A DNA stretch of 64,000 bases from the human T2T-CHM13v2.0 reference genome, Homo sapiens. The position numbers and the translations under genes are program-made. A model generated the notes under the pieces. It was not told the DNA's origin, did not search any database, and worked only from the letters and a program-made list of their open reading frames with translations. Location of the stretch: the NCBI RefSeq assembly GCF_009914755.1, contig NC_060946.1. One strand, written 5' to 3'. This document shows positions 1-12,221 of this stretch, piece by piece (position 1 is the first letter of the stretch; each line of letters starts with the position of its first letter).

Positions 1-34
1 TTGAGTTGATTTTTTTATATGGTGAAAGGAAGGG
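1..34 (-). mobile_element. Small L1 (ORF2 region) fragment cut by the window edge
   Basis: ttgagttgatttttttatatggtgaaaggaaggg resembles antisense L1 ORF2 (cttgagttgatttttgtatatggtgaaagg); very short. Confidence 0.35.
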
Positions 35-3000
35 AGTGTACATGCCCCTGTGATATTGTTCCTAATATCCAGGTTGGGAGAGGATATTATACTCAATATT
101 GCAGGAAGTGTCGACCACCCTGAATATTGCTTTTAATATCCGGGGAGAGAGGGTGATATTACTCCCAATATCATCCTCTCCCCCCACACCCTGCATAGTA
201 CAAGCAATATCAAAGGGGGTCTGTGCAACACCTGCAATATTGGGAGTAATATCCTCCCCCAACATGGATATTAGAAACAGTATCACAAGGGGTTGTACAC
301 CACCTGTGATATTATGGAGTACTATCATTTTCTTTCCCCATGGATATGTAGAACAATATCACAAAGGTGGTGTACAACCCCTGCCATATTGGGAGTAATA
401 CTGTACTTTCCCCACCTAGATATTAGGAACAATATCACGGGGGGTTATACACCACTGCAACATTGGGAGTAATATCATCCTTTCCCTCCCTGGATATTAG
501 GAACAATACCTCATGGGTGTGTACACCCTGTTCCATATTGGGATTAATATTTTCTCCCTTGCTGGACATAAGGAAAAATATAACGGGGGGTGTACACTCC
601 TTATGATATTGCCAGTAATATTATAGACTTCCCAAAGGGATATTAGAAAAAGTATCAGAGAGGGGTGTACATCCCCTGCGATATTGGGAATAATATTCTT
701 TCATCCCTGGATATTAGGAATAATATCACAAAGGGGTTTTATACCCCCCGTGACATTTTAATTAATATCATCTTCCCCACTGAATATTAGGAACAAATTC
801 CCAGGGGTGGTACACCACCTGCAATATGGACAGCTATATCATTGTCTCTCCCCCGAATATAAGGAACAATATCACAAGGGGGTTGTACAACCCCTGTGAT
901 ATTGGGAGTAACTTTATACCCTTTCCACATGGATATTAGGAACAATATCACAGGGTGGGTGTACACCCACTGCGATATTGGGAGTAATATCATCCTCCAC
1001 CCCCTGGGTATTATGAACAATATCATGGGGAGGGGGTGTATGCCCTCTGTGATATTGGGAGTAATATCATCCTGTCCCCTCTGGATATTAGGAATGATAT
1101 CACAGCGGGGCTGTACCTTTTCTGCACTATTGGGAGTGGTATCACCCCCTCCCCCTATGGATATTAGGAACAATATCACAAAGGGGGTGTACACATCCTG
1201 TGATATTGAGAGTAATATTGTCCACTCTTCCCTGGGATATTAGGAACAATATCACAGGCAGAGTGTACACCCCCTGCTATTTTACCTGTAATATTATTCT
1301 CATCCAACTTGGATATTAGGAATAATATAACAGGAGGGGTGTACACCACCTGTGATATTGGGAGTAATATCATTCTCTCCCCCCATGGATATTGAGAACA
1401 ATATCACAGGGGCGGTTTACACTTCCTGCGCCATTTAGAGTAATATCATCCTTTTCCCCCATGGATATTAGGAACGATATCGCATGGGAAGTGTACACGC
1501 CCGCCATATTGGGAGTAATATTTTCTCCCTTGCTGGACATTAGGAACAATATCACGGGAATGCACACACCCTGCGATATTGCCAGTAATATTGTAGTCTC
1601 CTCCCAGGATATTAGGAACAATATCACAAGGGGGGTGTACATGCCCTGTGATATTGGAAGTAATATCATCGACTCCCCCCACGGATATTAGTAACAACAT
1701 CAGAAGGGGTGTACACCCCTTGTGATATTTATAGTACTATCATCCTATACCCCCTGGATATTAGGAACAATACAACGGAGGGGTGTATACCCACTGTGAT
1801 ATTGGGAGTAATTTCATCCTCTACCCCTTGGATGTTAGGAGCAGTATCACAAGGGGGGTGTCCACCCTCTGTGATATTAAAAATAATACCATTCTCTCCT
1901 TCTCTGGATACTAGGAATAATATCACAGTGCTGGTGTGCACCCTTTACACTATTTGGAGCAATATCACCCTCTCCCCAACTTGATATTAGAGACAATATC
2001 ATGGGGGGTGGCGTGTAACACCCTGCACTGTTGGGAGTACTATCATCTATTCTTCCCCTGGATATAAGAAACAGTATCACAGAACGGGTCTACACCTCCT
2101 GAGATTTTGGGAGTAATATCATCCTCTCCAAATCTGGATATTAAGAACAGTATAATGGGGTGTAGGGAGTAATATGGTGGGAGTAATACAATCCTCCTCC
2201 CCACTTGATATTAGGAACAATATCGCAAAACGTGTGTACACCCACTGTGACATTTGGAGTAATATCAACATTTCCCCACCTGGTATCACGGGGAGAGTGT
2301 ACACTCCTTATGATATTGGAAGTATCATTGTCTCTCACTCTCGATATTAGGAAAAATAGCACAGGGTGTGTATACACTTCCTGTGATTTTGGGAAGAACA
2401 TCATACCCTTCTGTCTTTGATATTAGGAACAATATCACAGAGGGGATGTACAACTTATGTGATATTATAATATTCTTTCTTCCCATGGATATTAGGAATG
2501 ATATCCCGGGGGGCTTGTTGTACACCCCCTGTGATACCGACAGTAATATCATTGTCCTTCCCCCTACATATTAGAAACAATATCACAAGGGTGGTATACA
2601 TCCCCTGGATATTAGAAACTATCACAGGGGGGCTGTACAACCTCTTTGATACTGTGAGTAATACCATTGTCTCCCCTCCTGGGTATTAATAACAATATCA
2701 TAGGGTGGGTGTACACCCCCTGCAATATTGGGAATAATATCATCCTGTCTTCCCCGGGATATTAGGAATGGTATCACAGGTGGGGTTTACACCCCCTGCA
2801 ATTTTGTCAGTAATATTACTTCTGGATGTTATTGAATATATCACAGTGGGGGTGTACACCCCCTGTGATATGGGGAGTAATAGCATCCTCTTTCCCACTG
2901 GATACTACAAACAATATCGCAGATTGTGTACAACGTCCTGTGATATTGTTCACAATATTTAGGGAAGGAGAGGATGATATTACTCCACATATCACAGGGA

Positions 3001-3880
3001 GTGTTACATCCCCTGTAATATTGTTCATAATATTTAGAAGACGACAGGATGATATTACTCCCAATATAGTAGGAAGTATACACTACTCTGTGATACTGTT
3101 CATAATTTTTAGGGGATTAGAGGATGATATTACTTCCAATATCACAGGGAGTGTACACTGGTGATATTGTTTATAATTTTCAGTGGATTAGAAGATATTA
3201 TTCCGAATATCACAGGGGTTGTACATCCCCAAGTGATATTGTTAATATCCAGTGGGGAAGAGGATGTTATTACTCCCCATATCACGGGGGATGTAAACCC
3301 GTTTGTGGTATTGTCACTTACATCCGGGGGGTAGAGGATGATATTACTCTGCATATCATAGAGGGTGCACACGGCTGTAATGTTGTCCATAATAACATCC
3401 AGAGAGGAAGAGAATATTATTCCCATGTTTCAGAAGGTGTACACACCCCTGTGATAGTCTCTGTAACATTTAGGGAAGAAGGGGATGATACTACTCCAGA
3501 TATTGCAGGGGGTGTACACCCCCCTGTGATACTGTTCGTAACGTTTAGGGGGAAGAGGATGATATTACTCCCCATATCGAAGGGATTGTACATCTCCCTA
3601 TATATTGTCCATAACATCCAGGACAGGAGAGGATATTACTACTCCCCATATCACAGGGGGTGGACAACCCCCTCTAAATATGTCTAACATCCAGGCGGGG
3701 ACAGGAGGATATTTTTCCCCATAACCTAGAGAAAGTAAACCTCCTGCGATTTTGTCCATAACATCCAGTGGGGAGAGGATGATATCACTCCCCATATTGC
3801 AGGGGGTGCACACTCCACTCTGATATTGGCCGTAATATCCGGGGAGGTGAAGTATGAAGTCACTACACATATCGCAGGGA
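35..3880. repeat. SATR1/SATR2-type satellite, degenerate ~75-bp unit; reverse orientation ~35-165, forward ~167-2928, reverse ~2930-3880
   Basis: Recurrent unit GGATATTAGGAACAATATCACAGGGGGGTGTACACCCCCTGTGATATTGGGAGTAATATCATCCTCTCCCCCCT and its reverse complement; many substitutions between copies. Confidence 0.85.
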
Positions 3881-4185
3881 TTATTAGTATCAGATTGTTT
3901 GAAGGACTCACAGTAAGGGTAGTAGTAGGGCGAGTTCTAACTCAAATAGGGGAAATGTGATGGCTACTAGAAAGAATTTTATGGAGAAGGGAATGTGGGC
4001 AGAGGATAGAGGGTCAAATCTGCATTCATAAGGGCTAGACTTTTCTATATATATTTATTTTATACATATATATATATTTTTCTCTCTCTCTACATATATA
4101 TATTAAGTTGTGGGAGCCAAAATGTAATAATTATTAGTAACAGGGCTAATAGGGTGTTGATTACTAGGGTTAATGTTAGGTGAAT
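3881..4185 (-). pseudogene. NUMT: MT-ND3 pseudogene (5' portion), interrupted by a TA/TC microsatellite
   Basis: Reverse complement reads ATT...atcaacaccctattagccctgttactaataattattacattttggctcccacaacttaat...gaaaagtctagcccttatgaatgcagatttgaccctcta...cccttctccataaaattctttctagtagccatcacattt; matches ND3 motifs (EKSxPYECGFDP, [13 protein letters not shown]). Confidence 0.9.
4046..4102. repeat. Compound (TA)n/(TC)n microsatellite inside the ND3 NUMT
   Basis: tatatatatttattttatacatatatatatattttTCTCTCTCTCtacatatatata; no such run in mtDNA ND3. Confidence 0.8.
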
Positions 4186-4246
4186 TACTGTTTTTCGGAT
4201 GCTATCAAAACTTTGGAAATCATGGTACTATTTATACTAAAAGAGT
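4186..4246 (-). pseudogene. NUMT: mt-tRNA-Gly pseudogene (TCC anticodon, shortened)
   Basis: Reverse complement actcttttagtataaatagtaccatgatttccaaagttttgatagcatccgaaaaacagta; lies between COX3 and ND3 as in mtDNA gene order. Confidence 0.85.
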
Positions 4247-4787
4247 AAGATCCTCATCAATAAGTAGAAACATACAAGAATAGTCATACTACATCTACAA
4301 AGTGTCGATATCAGGCAGCGGCTTCAAAGGCAAAGTGATGACTAGATGTAAAGTGGTATTTTAATTGGCGGAGAAGGCAGACTGAGGAATGTTGATCCAA
4401 TAATGACGTGAATTCTGTGAAAGCCTGTAGCTATAAAAAATGTTGAGCCATAAATACCATCAGAAATAGCAAAGGGAGCTTTGAAGTATTCTGAGACTTG
4501 TAGGAGGGTGAAGTAAATATCTAATATAATTGTAACAGGTAGTGCTTAGATTGTATGTTTTTGATTATTTTTTGTTAGGCTGTGATGGGCTCAAGTAATT
4601 GAAACTCCTGATGCAAGTAATACAGATGGATTCAGGAGAGGTACTTCCAGGGGGTCAAGGGGAGAAATACCTGTTGGGGGTCAATGCCCTCCTAATTCTG
4701 GAGTAGGGGCTAGGCTAGAATGGTAGAATGCTCAAAAGAATCCAGCGAAGAGGAATATTTCTGAGATAATAAATAGGACTGTCCCAT
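4247..4787 (-). pseudogene. NUMT: MT-CO3 pseudogene (3' two-thirds)
   Basis: Reverse complement encodes [48 protein letters not shown]...[24 protein letters not shown]...FEAAAW..FVDVVWLFLYVSTYWWGS in the mitochondrial code, with substitutions and indels. Confidence 0.92.
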
Positions 4788-4896
4788 CATTGGAAGCTCC
4801 TGCATACCATAAGCTACTAGAGGTCAGTAAACATATTTGTGTGTATCCTGGAGTACCTAGAAGACAGTCTTCCATGTAAGAAGCATTTTACTTGTT

Positions 4897-5187
4897 GTTT
4901 TTTGAGATGGGGTTTCACTCTGTCACCCAGGCTGGAGGGCACTGGTGAGATCTTGGCTCACTCCAATCTCCATTTCCTAGGCTCAGGTGATCCTCACACC
5001 TCAGCCATCCAAGTAGTTGAAACAATAGAGCTATGTCACCATAGACCTGTGTCACCATGCTGGGCTGAGTTTTGTAGAGATAGGGTTTTGCCTTGTTACC
5101 CAGGCTCTTCTTTAACTGTTGGGCTCAAGTGTTCTGCTCGCCTCAGCCTCTCAAAGTGCTGGGGTTACAGACATGAGACATTCAGCC
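4897..5187 (-). mobile_element. Alu (old, AluJ-like)
   Basis: T-rich tail, then gagatggggtttcactctgtcacccaggctggag...ctcagcctctcaaagtgctggggttacagacatgag. Confidence 0.9.
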
Positions 5188-5556
5188 TTAATAGTTGTTT
5201 AATCTGAATAAATAAACAAATGAATTTTTATATAATGGAATGTTATAAGTAATATAATAAACCTAATGTATCTAATCATTAAATATTGTATTTAAAATAT
5301 TGCTTACATTGTATTATTTTTTAATATTTAAGGGTGTATAAGTTTTGACATGTTATGTTGAGAAATTATGCAATAATTAAAAAGGAAATAAAAGAGAAAT
5401 AGGTCATCGGTAGCAAAGAGGGTTACAATATATTTTCTAGTATCATTCAACTGGAATCTTAACATTGAGATTTTAGATTAACATTTCTTAAGGTTTTTAT
5501 TAGACCCAACTCATGTTCCATTAAATATACCGTTTCAAGCCATACATTACTCTTTA

Positions 5557-6328
5557 TTATTATTATTATACTTTAAGTTCTAGGGTACATGTGCACAACG
5601 TGCAGGTTTGTTAAATATGTATAAATGTGCCATGTTGGTGTGCTGCACCCATTAACTCGTCATTTATATTAGGTATATCTCCTAATGCTATTCCTCCCCT
5701 CTCCCCCCACCCCATGACAGGCCCTGGTGTGTGATGTTCCCCATCCTGTGTCCAAGTGTTCTCATTGTTCAGTTCCCACCTATGAGTGAGAACATGTGGT
5801 GTTTGGTTTTCTGTCCTTGCAACAGTTTGCTCAGAATGATGGTTTCCAGCTTCATCCATGTCCCTACAAAGGACATGAACTCATCATTTTTTATGCTGCA
5901 TAGTATTCCATGGTGTGTAAGTGCCACATTTTCTTAATCCAGTCTATCATTGATGGGCATATGGGTTGGTTCCAAGTCTTTGCTATTGTGAATAGTGCCA
6001 CAATAAACATACATGTGCATGTGTCTTTATAGCAGCATGATTTATAATCCTTTGCATATATATCCAGTAATGGGATGGCTGGATCAAATGGTATTTCTAA
6101 TTCTTGATCCTTGAGGAATCTCCACACTGTCTTCCACAATGGTTGAACTAGTTTACAGTCCCACCAACAGTGTAAAAGTGTTCCTATTTCTCCACATCCT
6201 CTCCAACACCTGTTGTTTCCTGACTTTTTAATGATTGCCATTCTAACTGGTGTGAAATGATATCTCATAGTGGTTTCAATTTGCATTTCTCTGATGGCCA
6301 GTGATGATGAGCATTTTTTCATGTGTCT
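5557..6328 (-). mobile_element. 5'-truncated L1PA (about PA3-PA5): end of ORF2 plus 3'UTR, with an 18-bp TSD
   Basis: ORF 5891-6337(-) is the L1 ORF2 C-terminus ([43 protein letters not shown]); TSD gccatacattactcttta at 5539-5556 and 6329-6346. Confidence 0.97.
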
Positions 6329-6649
6329 GCCATACATTACTCTTTAGAATTCTGGTGACCAATTCTTTTTCTGGGTGGAAAGTTGATGGAAAGTTCCAGT
6401 TTTCTCTCTCTGTTATAATAATGTTCTTTCAGGTAATGGTAGATGACCATATTTAGCTAATTGAATGTCTTATAGTAAGAAACACTATCACAGAAGTACT
6501 TACAAAAAACTAATTGCAGCATAAATATTAATTAGTATTATCAGAGTTATGAAAGACCGAAGGCTCTGTTATAGATCTATTTCCCCATGTATTTTATTGT
6601 ACTTCATGTTTTTCGTTTTCTTTCTTGGCTTAAGCTCACATTTCATTGA

Positions 6650-7014
<365 letters not shown>

Positions 7015-7029
7015 TAAAGAAATTGATTA

Positions 7030-7326
7030 GGGCTGGGTGTGGTGGTGCACAATGCTTATCTCAACATTTTGGGAGGCAGAAGTGGAAGATTTGCTTGAGC
7101 CCAGGAGCTTGAGACCAGCCTGGGAGGTATAATGAGGCCTTGTCTCTACAAAGATAACAATAAAAACATTAGAATGACATGATGGTATGCACCTGTAGTT
7201 CCAGCTATTCAGGAAGTTGAGGTGGGAAGATTGCTTGAGGTCAGGAGTTTGAGACCACAGTGAGCCATAATCAGGCCCCTGCATTCTAGCCCTGGGTTGA
7301 CAGAGTGAGACCCAGTTTCATAAAAA
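7030..7326 (+). mobile_element. Alu (AluJ-like)
   Basis: ggctgggtgtggtggtgcac...gcttgagcccaggag...gacagagtgagaccc. Confidence 0.9.
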
Positions 7327-7521
7327 GAGATTGATAAGAAACTCTTGATGCAACTCATTATAATTTTAAATGGAAACTAATTCTTGATATTACCTTAGCA
7401 GTGTGTCCCCCAGAAAGTGTCAGAGCCTTTACGTGGACCTTCTCATGAAAACGGAAACAGAATAGTCAATGGAAAAGGAGAAGGTGAGAACCGTATTTTA
7501 TTTAAAAAGTCATTTGATGGA

Positions 7522-7853
<332 letters not shown>

Positions 7854-8580
7854 CTAATAGAGTTTAATAGCTAAAGAAAATGTCCTATTAACTGTATCAT
7901 AAGTAAAAGAGAAATGAAAAGGTGATAAGTGGTGTCTCTAACCAAGGGTCAGCAGTTGATTCTATTGGAAGTACCACTAAAGGAGCTGAGTTATGAGTTC
8001 CATTTTAACATACTCTAAGACCTGAGGCAAGTCAGGAGAGAGGGAAGAAGAAATGAATAAAAGAGAAAGAAATAATGAGGAGGGCAGAGTGTACATGGAA
8101 TAAATAAAAAAAAGTGGATGTATGTAATGGAGGGTAGTAAAGTCAAATTGATCTGTAGAAGAAGGAAGAACAGGGTGTTAGAAATAGGAAGGAAGATAAA
8201 GTGAGCTTCCAGTACCAAAATGTGTCATATAATTACAGTAACATTTTCCTTCTCTTGCTGTCATTCTTGCTACTGGGGAGGCATTAAGGATTGAGGTACT
8301 TTACCATGCAGACCTGTGTTTTATCTACCATAGATGAACATCACCGTAAATGGTCAGCCATGTATGGCTATAATTTGTTTTTATAGAAAATGAAAAGAAT
8401 AGTGTTGGGTGATTTATTGGGAAGAAATTAATTAGAGAAGCTTTGCCTGATTAAAAGTTCATTAGAAACATTATGGCTTATAACGTAGTATTAAATTCAG
8501 GGACATAATAGGAAAGAAGTTGAGGCTAGGCCAAAAAGGCCAATTAGGGTAAACCAATATGGAAGCACACCAGTGTAGAA

Positions 8581-8723
8581 CAGGGCATTCAAATTGTCAT
8601 GAATTCGTTGAGGAGCTTCTGGAAAGTGCACATTCTGACTCAGCAGGTATTGGAGTCTGCATTTCTCATGAGCACTCAGGTGATGTTTGTGCTGGTCCTT
8701 GGACACAGCTCTGAATAGCAAGG
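8581..8723. mobile_element. MER5-like DNA transposon (hAT-Charlie) relic
   Basis: tctgcatttctcatgagcactcaggtgatgtttgtgctggtccttggacacagctctgaatagcaaggg resembles the MER5A/B end. Confidence 0.5.
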
Positions 8724-10359
8724 GAATAGCCTTCCTTTAGAGAAATCTGGAAAAAGAACCACTGGAGAGCAATTTAAAAAATAACAGAATCCAGGGAAAG
8801 CTTTAATTTCCTTTTATTTCTGAGCATGATTCTAGCCACAAGGGAAGGAAAATGAGATGAAAAAAGAGAGATTACAGGTGTATACTACTGCTGAATACAG
8901 ATGAAAAAAGTGGTCACAATCATCCATAAAAAGCAGTTAGGAAGGGAAGCATCAGGATGACAGTTCTGATAATCATTTTTTCAAAGGAAGAGGGATGGTG
9001 AATGGACACAAAAGGAGGAAAGAAAGACATTTGCTGGGGTCTTGGGAGTTAAAGCCAAGTAAACTTGAGACAACTCACTTCCAGTTGCTTCAGCATATGC
9101 CCAGTCTCACAAAAGAGGTTATTGCTGTGGAGAGTACTGGAGACAGGAGGGAGTGCTAGAGTTGGGGTAAACCACAGCAGCTCATTTCACTTGATAACTG
9201 TCAGGCCTCAGGGAGAGAAGTTTCACTGACATGAGTGAATAAGATATGATTAAGTTGCATATAGATGCTTTGGCGAAATTTTTTTGAGACAGCCAGTTCT
9301 TTGATATGATAGCTGTTTTATAAAAGTCCTTTACAGTGTAAGATAATATACCAAACTTAGTTAATTTTAGAAGTAATCATAAAATTCATTCCATGAAAAC
9401 CAAAATTATCATTTTTAATAAATACTGCACTGATTTTGAAATATAAATATGTATTAATATCCAGCAAGTCTGTGGTCATTCAATGTTTTCTTTTTTGATA
9501 AATATTTTGATATCAGAAGCTTATTCGACATGGTTTATTTGATGTGTTTTATGGACCACCTTGCATGAGTGGATCAAGGAGCTCTAATTCAAGGCCAAAT
9601 GAGGGGATAGGAGAAATGTAGGTGCTGCAGTAGCCCATGTGATCATGGGAAAAATGAGTACTTTGATTAGCTGTTATTTCATAAGTGTGTATCCTAGCTG
9701 ATCAATGTAGAACCCTTTCTTTGATGAGAGGTGAATCCCACATTCACCTGAACTGTCATCCCAACTGAGTATTTCCTCAGTGACAAGACAAGGGGAATTT
9801 ATTTGTGCTGTGCTGGCAGCAATGCCTCTGGTGTGTGGAGTTAAAATACTCTGTACATTCACCATCAGCTTTGACATTGATTCTCTCAGGTTTGATTTGC
9901 CCCTCTGTTTAATGGTCCCTTTTCTCCTCATTAGTCCACGTGTTCACGGTTATATCAGTGCTTTTCTATTTTAAGTATAGGCATTTGAAACATAATCTCA
10001 CTACTGAAATGTAAACTGTGCATTTTGGGAATCCTATATTCCTATTTTCCTCATTGTGTTTCTGTCATGTTGCTGTCCTAGGCAATGAAAAGACGAAGCC
10101 AAGAAGAACCCTCAAAACCTTAAGTAAATATTTTTATAGCCAGGCCTGAGAATTCAGCTCGACAGTAACACTGCATGAATGTTTGGTTGGTCCTGTCATA
10201 CTTACATATAATTGATGACATATCCCCTTTGCTTTGTAGGGCCTCCTGCAAAACATCCTTCCTTGAAGATAATTAATTATGTATATTTTTGAATCACTAA
10301 CTCCATGTTGTATAAAATATATATGATTTATGAATCGTTTTCTTTTAAAACCCATTCAG

Positions 10360-10432
10360 CCTAGCACTGAAGTGGAAGATCCTGCTGTGAAAGGAGCAGT
10401 ACAAAGAAAGAAAGTACAGACATTGAGAGCAG
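10360..10432 (+). pseudogene. ANKRD20A-like exon (73 bp)
   Basis: ttcag|CCTAGCACTGAAGTG...TTGAGAGCAG|gtacat; PSTEVEDPAVKGAVQRKKVQTLRA. Confidence 0.88.
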
Positions 10433-11915
10433 GTACATTTGATGGAATACTGGAAATAAAGTACATTCAATGATTGGATGTACTCATATTATTCTTATTC
10501 CTAATTCTATTTGTTCAATATTGAACAGAAGGCATTGACATAAATGTTATTGTTGGTATCCATATTTGAATAAAAACAAATTTAGAAGCATAAAAAAGAT
10601 TTTAAAAATGTAAGCTTTAAGTCAGATGTTTCTGTTTTAATGTTTTGAATAGCATGAAGTTTTCAGTATAAAATTTTTATACTTGTCAGGGATTCAAAGC
10701 AGTGAATTTTGAGACTCTTAAGATATTTCCAGTGAGTTAAGTGCTAGTTGGAGTTCTGATCTTTACCTAGAGGAAAGCTTTACCTATTAAAGTGTCAGTT
10801 TCTGTTTTAACTTCAGAGGCTTGCTGTTAGTGTTATTACACTGATGATCTGAAGCTTATCAGATGTTCTAATGAGCAAGACTGTGTGTGTAGGTGTATAT
10901 ATAGATGTGTGTATGCGTGCGCTTGTGGCATCTTTCACTATTACAAATGACGAAAGTAATGATTCATTTATGACTGGTAGACACAGTCTTTTAAAATGGT
11001 GATTTTGAGCCTTTTTAGTGTTAAAGTTTTTAAAACATGATTGCATAGAGGCTACCAACATCATAAGTTGGTTGTTTTTCATTTCAATGCCCTTTTGAAA
11101 TCTTTAACTACATTGTGATGCCCAGAAATAATATGCAGAATTTTTTGTGTCCTAAAATAGTATGTGAGTGGTTATATACTTTATATACCTTTCTGCCACT
11201 TTCTTTGGTGTCTTTTGTATTATATTTTCCACTTGTACCCACATTGGTGTGATTATCTCTGGTTTAATTCATTTTACACTGTTCATTGTATTCCCTCATA
11301 CCACTTTACCACATTTAGTTAGACTCTCCTGTTGCTGATAAATGAAGAAATAAAAAGAAAAATAATGTCAGTTTAAGAGGGCTTTTCTTTAATCAGTTTG
11401 TATCTATTAGCATTTACTATATGAGAGTTTAAACCTGAAAAGTTCAGAATACAAGCATGCACCACCATATTTTATTAATGCCCTTAGAACTATGACTCAT
11501 GAGCCTTTAGCCTATGAAGTTAGGACAATTCATTTCTCTGAAGAAGAATGCTGGGCTGTTCTCAGAAAAGAAAACTGAAAATAGCAAATGATATTGTCTT
11601 ATTTTACCTCTTGGACATCCTTGAATGAAACTGCTACTAAAGGGATACTCGGATCAAAATTCAGATCTAATGTTTTGAACAGTATAGTTTGTGAATGTCC
11701 AGTGATCATGAGCCCTTGATGGGGAAATGACCTTTCGAGTTTCACTTTTGCATTTTTTGCTCTTTTCGTTGACTTGTCTTGAAAGCTTAAATTCAACTAT
11801 TTTATTTTTACAGAAATCAGGAATATAACTTTTAAAATATATGTCTGTCCTGTCTCACGGTGTTGTGTACTCTTCAGATCTTGTATGAACATAGACTTAT
11901 ATGGGAACAATTAGG

Positions 11916-12221
11916 TTTTTTGTTTGTTTGTTTGTGTTTTTGAGACAGAGTCTTGCTCTGTCACCAAGGCTGGAGTGCAGTGGCTCAGTCTTGGCTCATT
12001 ACCACCTCTGCCTCTCAGGTTCAAGCAATTCTCCTGCCTCAGCCCCTCGAGTAGCTGATACTACATGCACGTGCTACCATACCCTGCTAATTTTTCTATT
12101 TCTAGTAGAGATGGGGTTTCACCAGGTTGGCCAGGCTGCTCTTGAACTCCTGACCTCAGGTGATCTGCCCACCTCGGCTTGCCAATGTGCTGGGATTACA
12201 GGTGGGAGCCACTGTGCCAGC
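11916..12221 (-). mobile_element. AluS
   Basis: (TTTG)n tail; gagacagagtcttgctctg...ctcctgacctcaggtgatctgcccacctcgg. Confidence 0.92.

Noticed and set aside
35-3880. Palindromic repeats resembling a CRISPR array
   Set aside because: No unique spacers, no cas genes, and the context is primate DNA with Alus.
62-3911. Dense overlapping ORFs with repetitive peptides (MILLPISQGVYTPPVILFLIS)
   Set aside because: These are translations of the degenerate satellite on both strands and in all frames; no coding signal.
4186-4246. Functional tRNA-Gly
   Set aside because: A shortened, mutated mitochondrial tRNA within a NUMT.
5891-6337. 148-aa ORF
   Set aside because: Remnant of L1 ORF2 in a 5'-truncated element.
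11795-11835. Possible micro-exon (ttttattttta cag|aaatcag)
   Set aside because: An acceptor-like site, but no GT donor or recognisable peptide follows.
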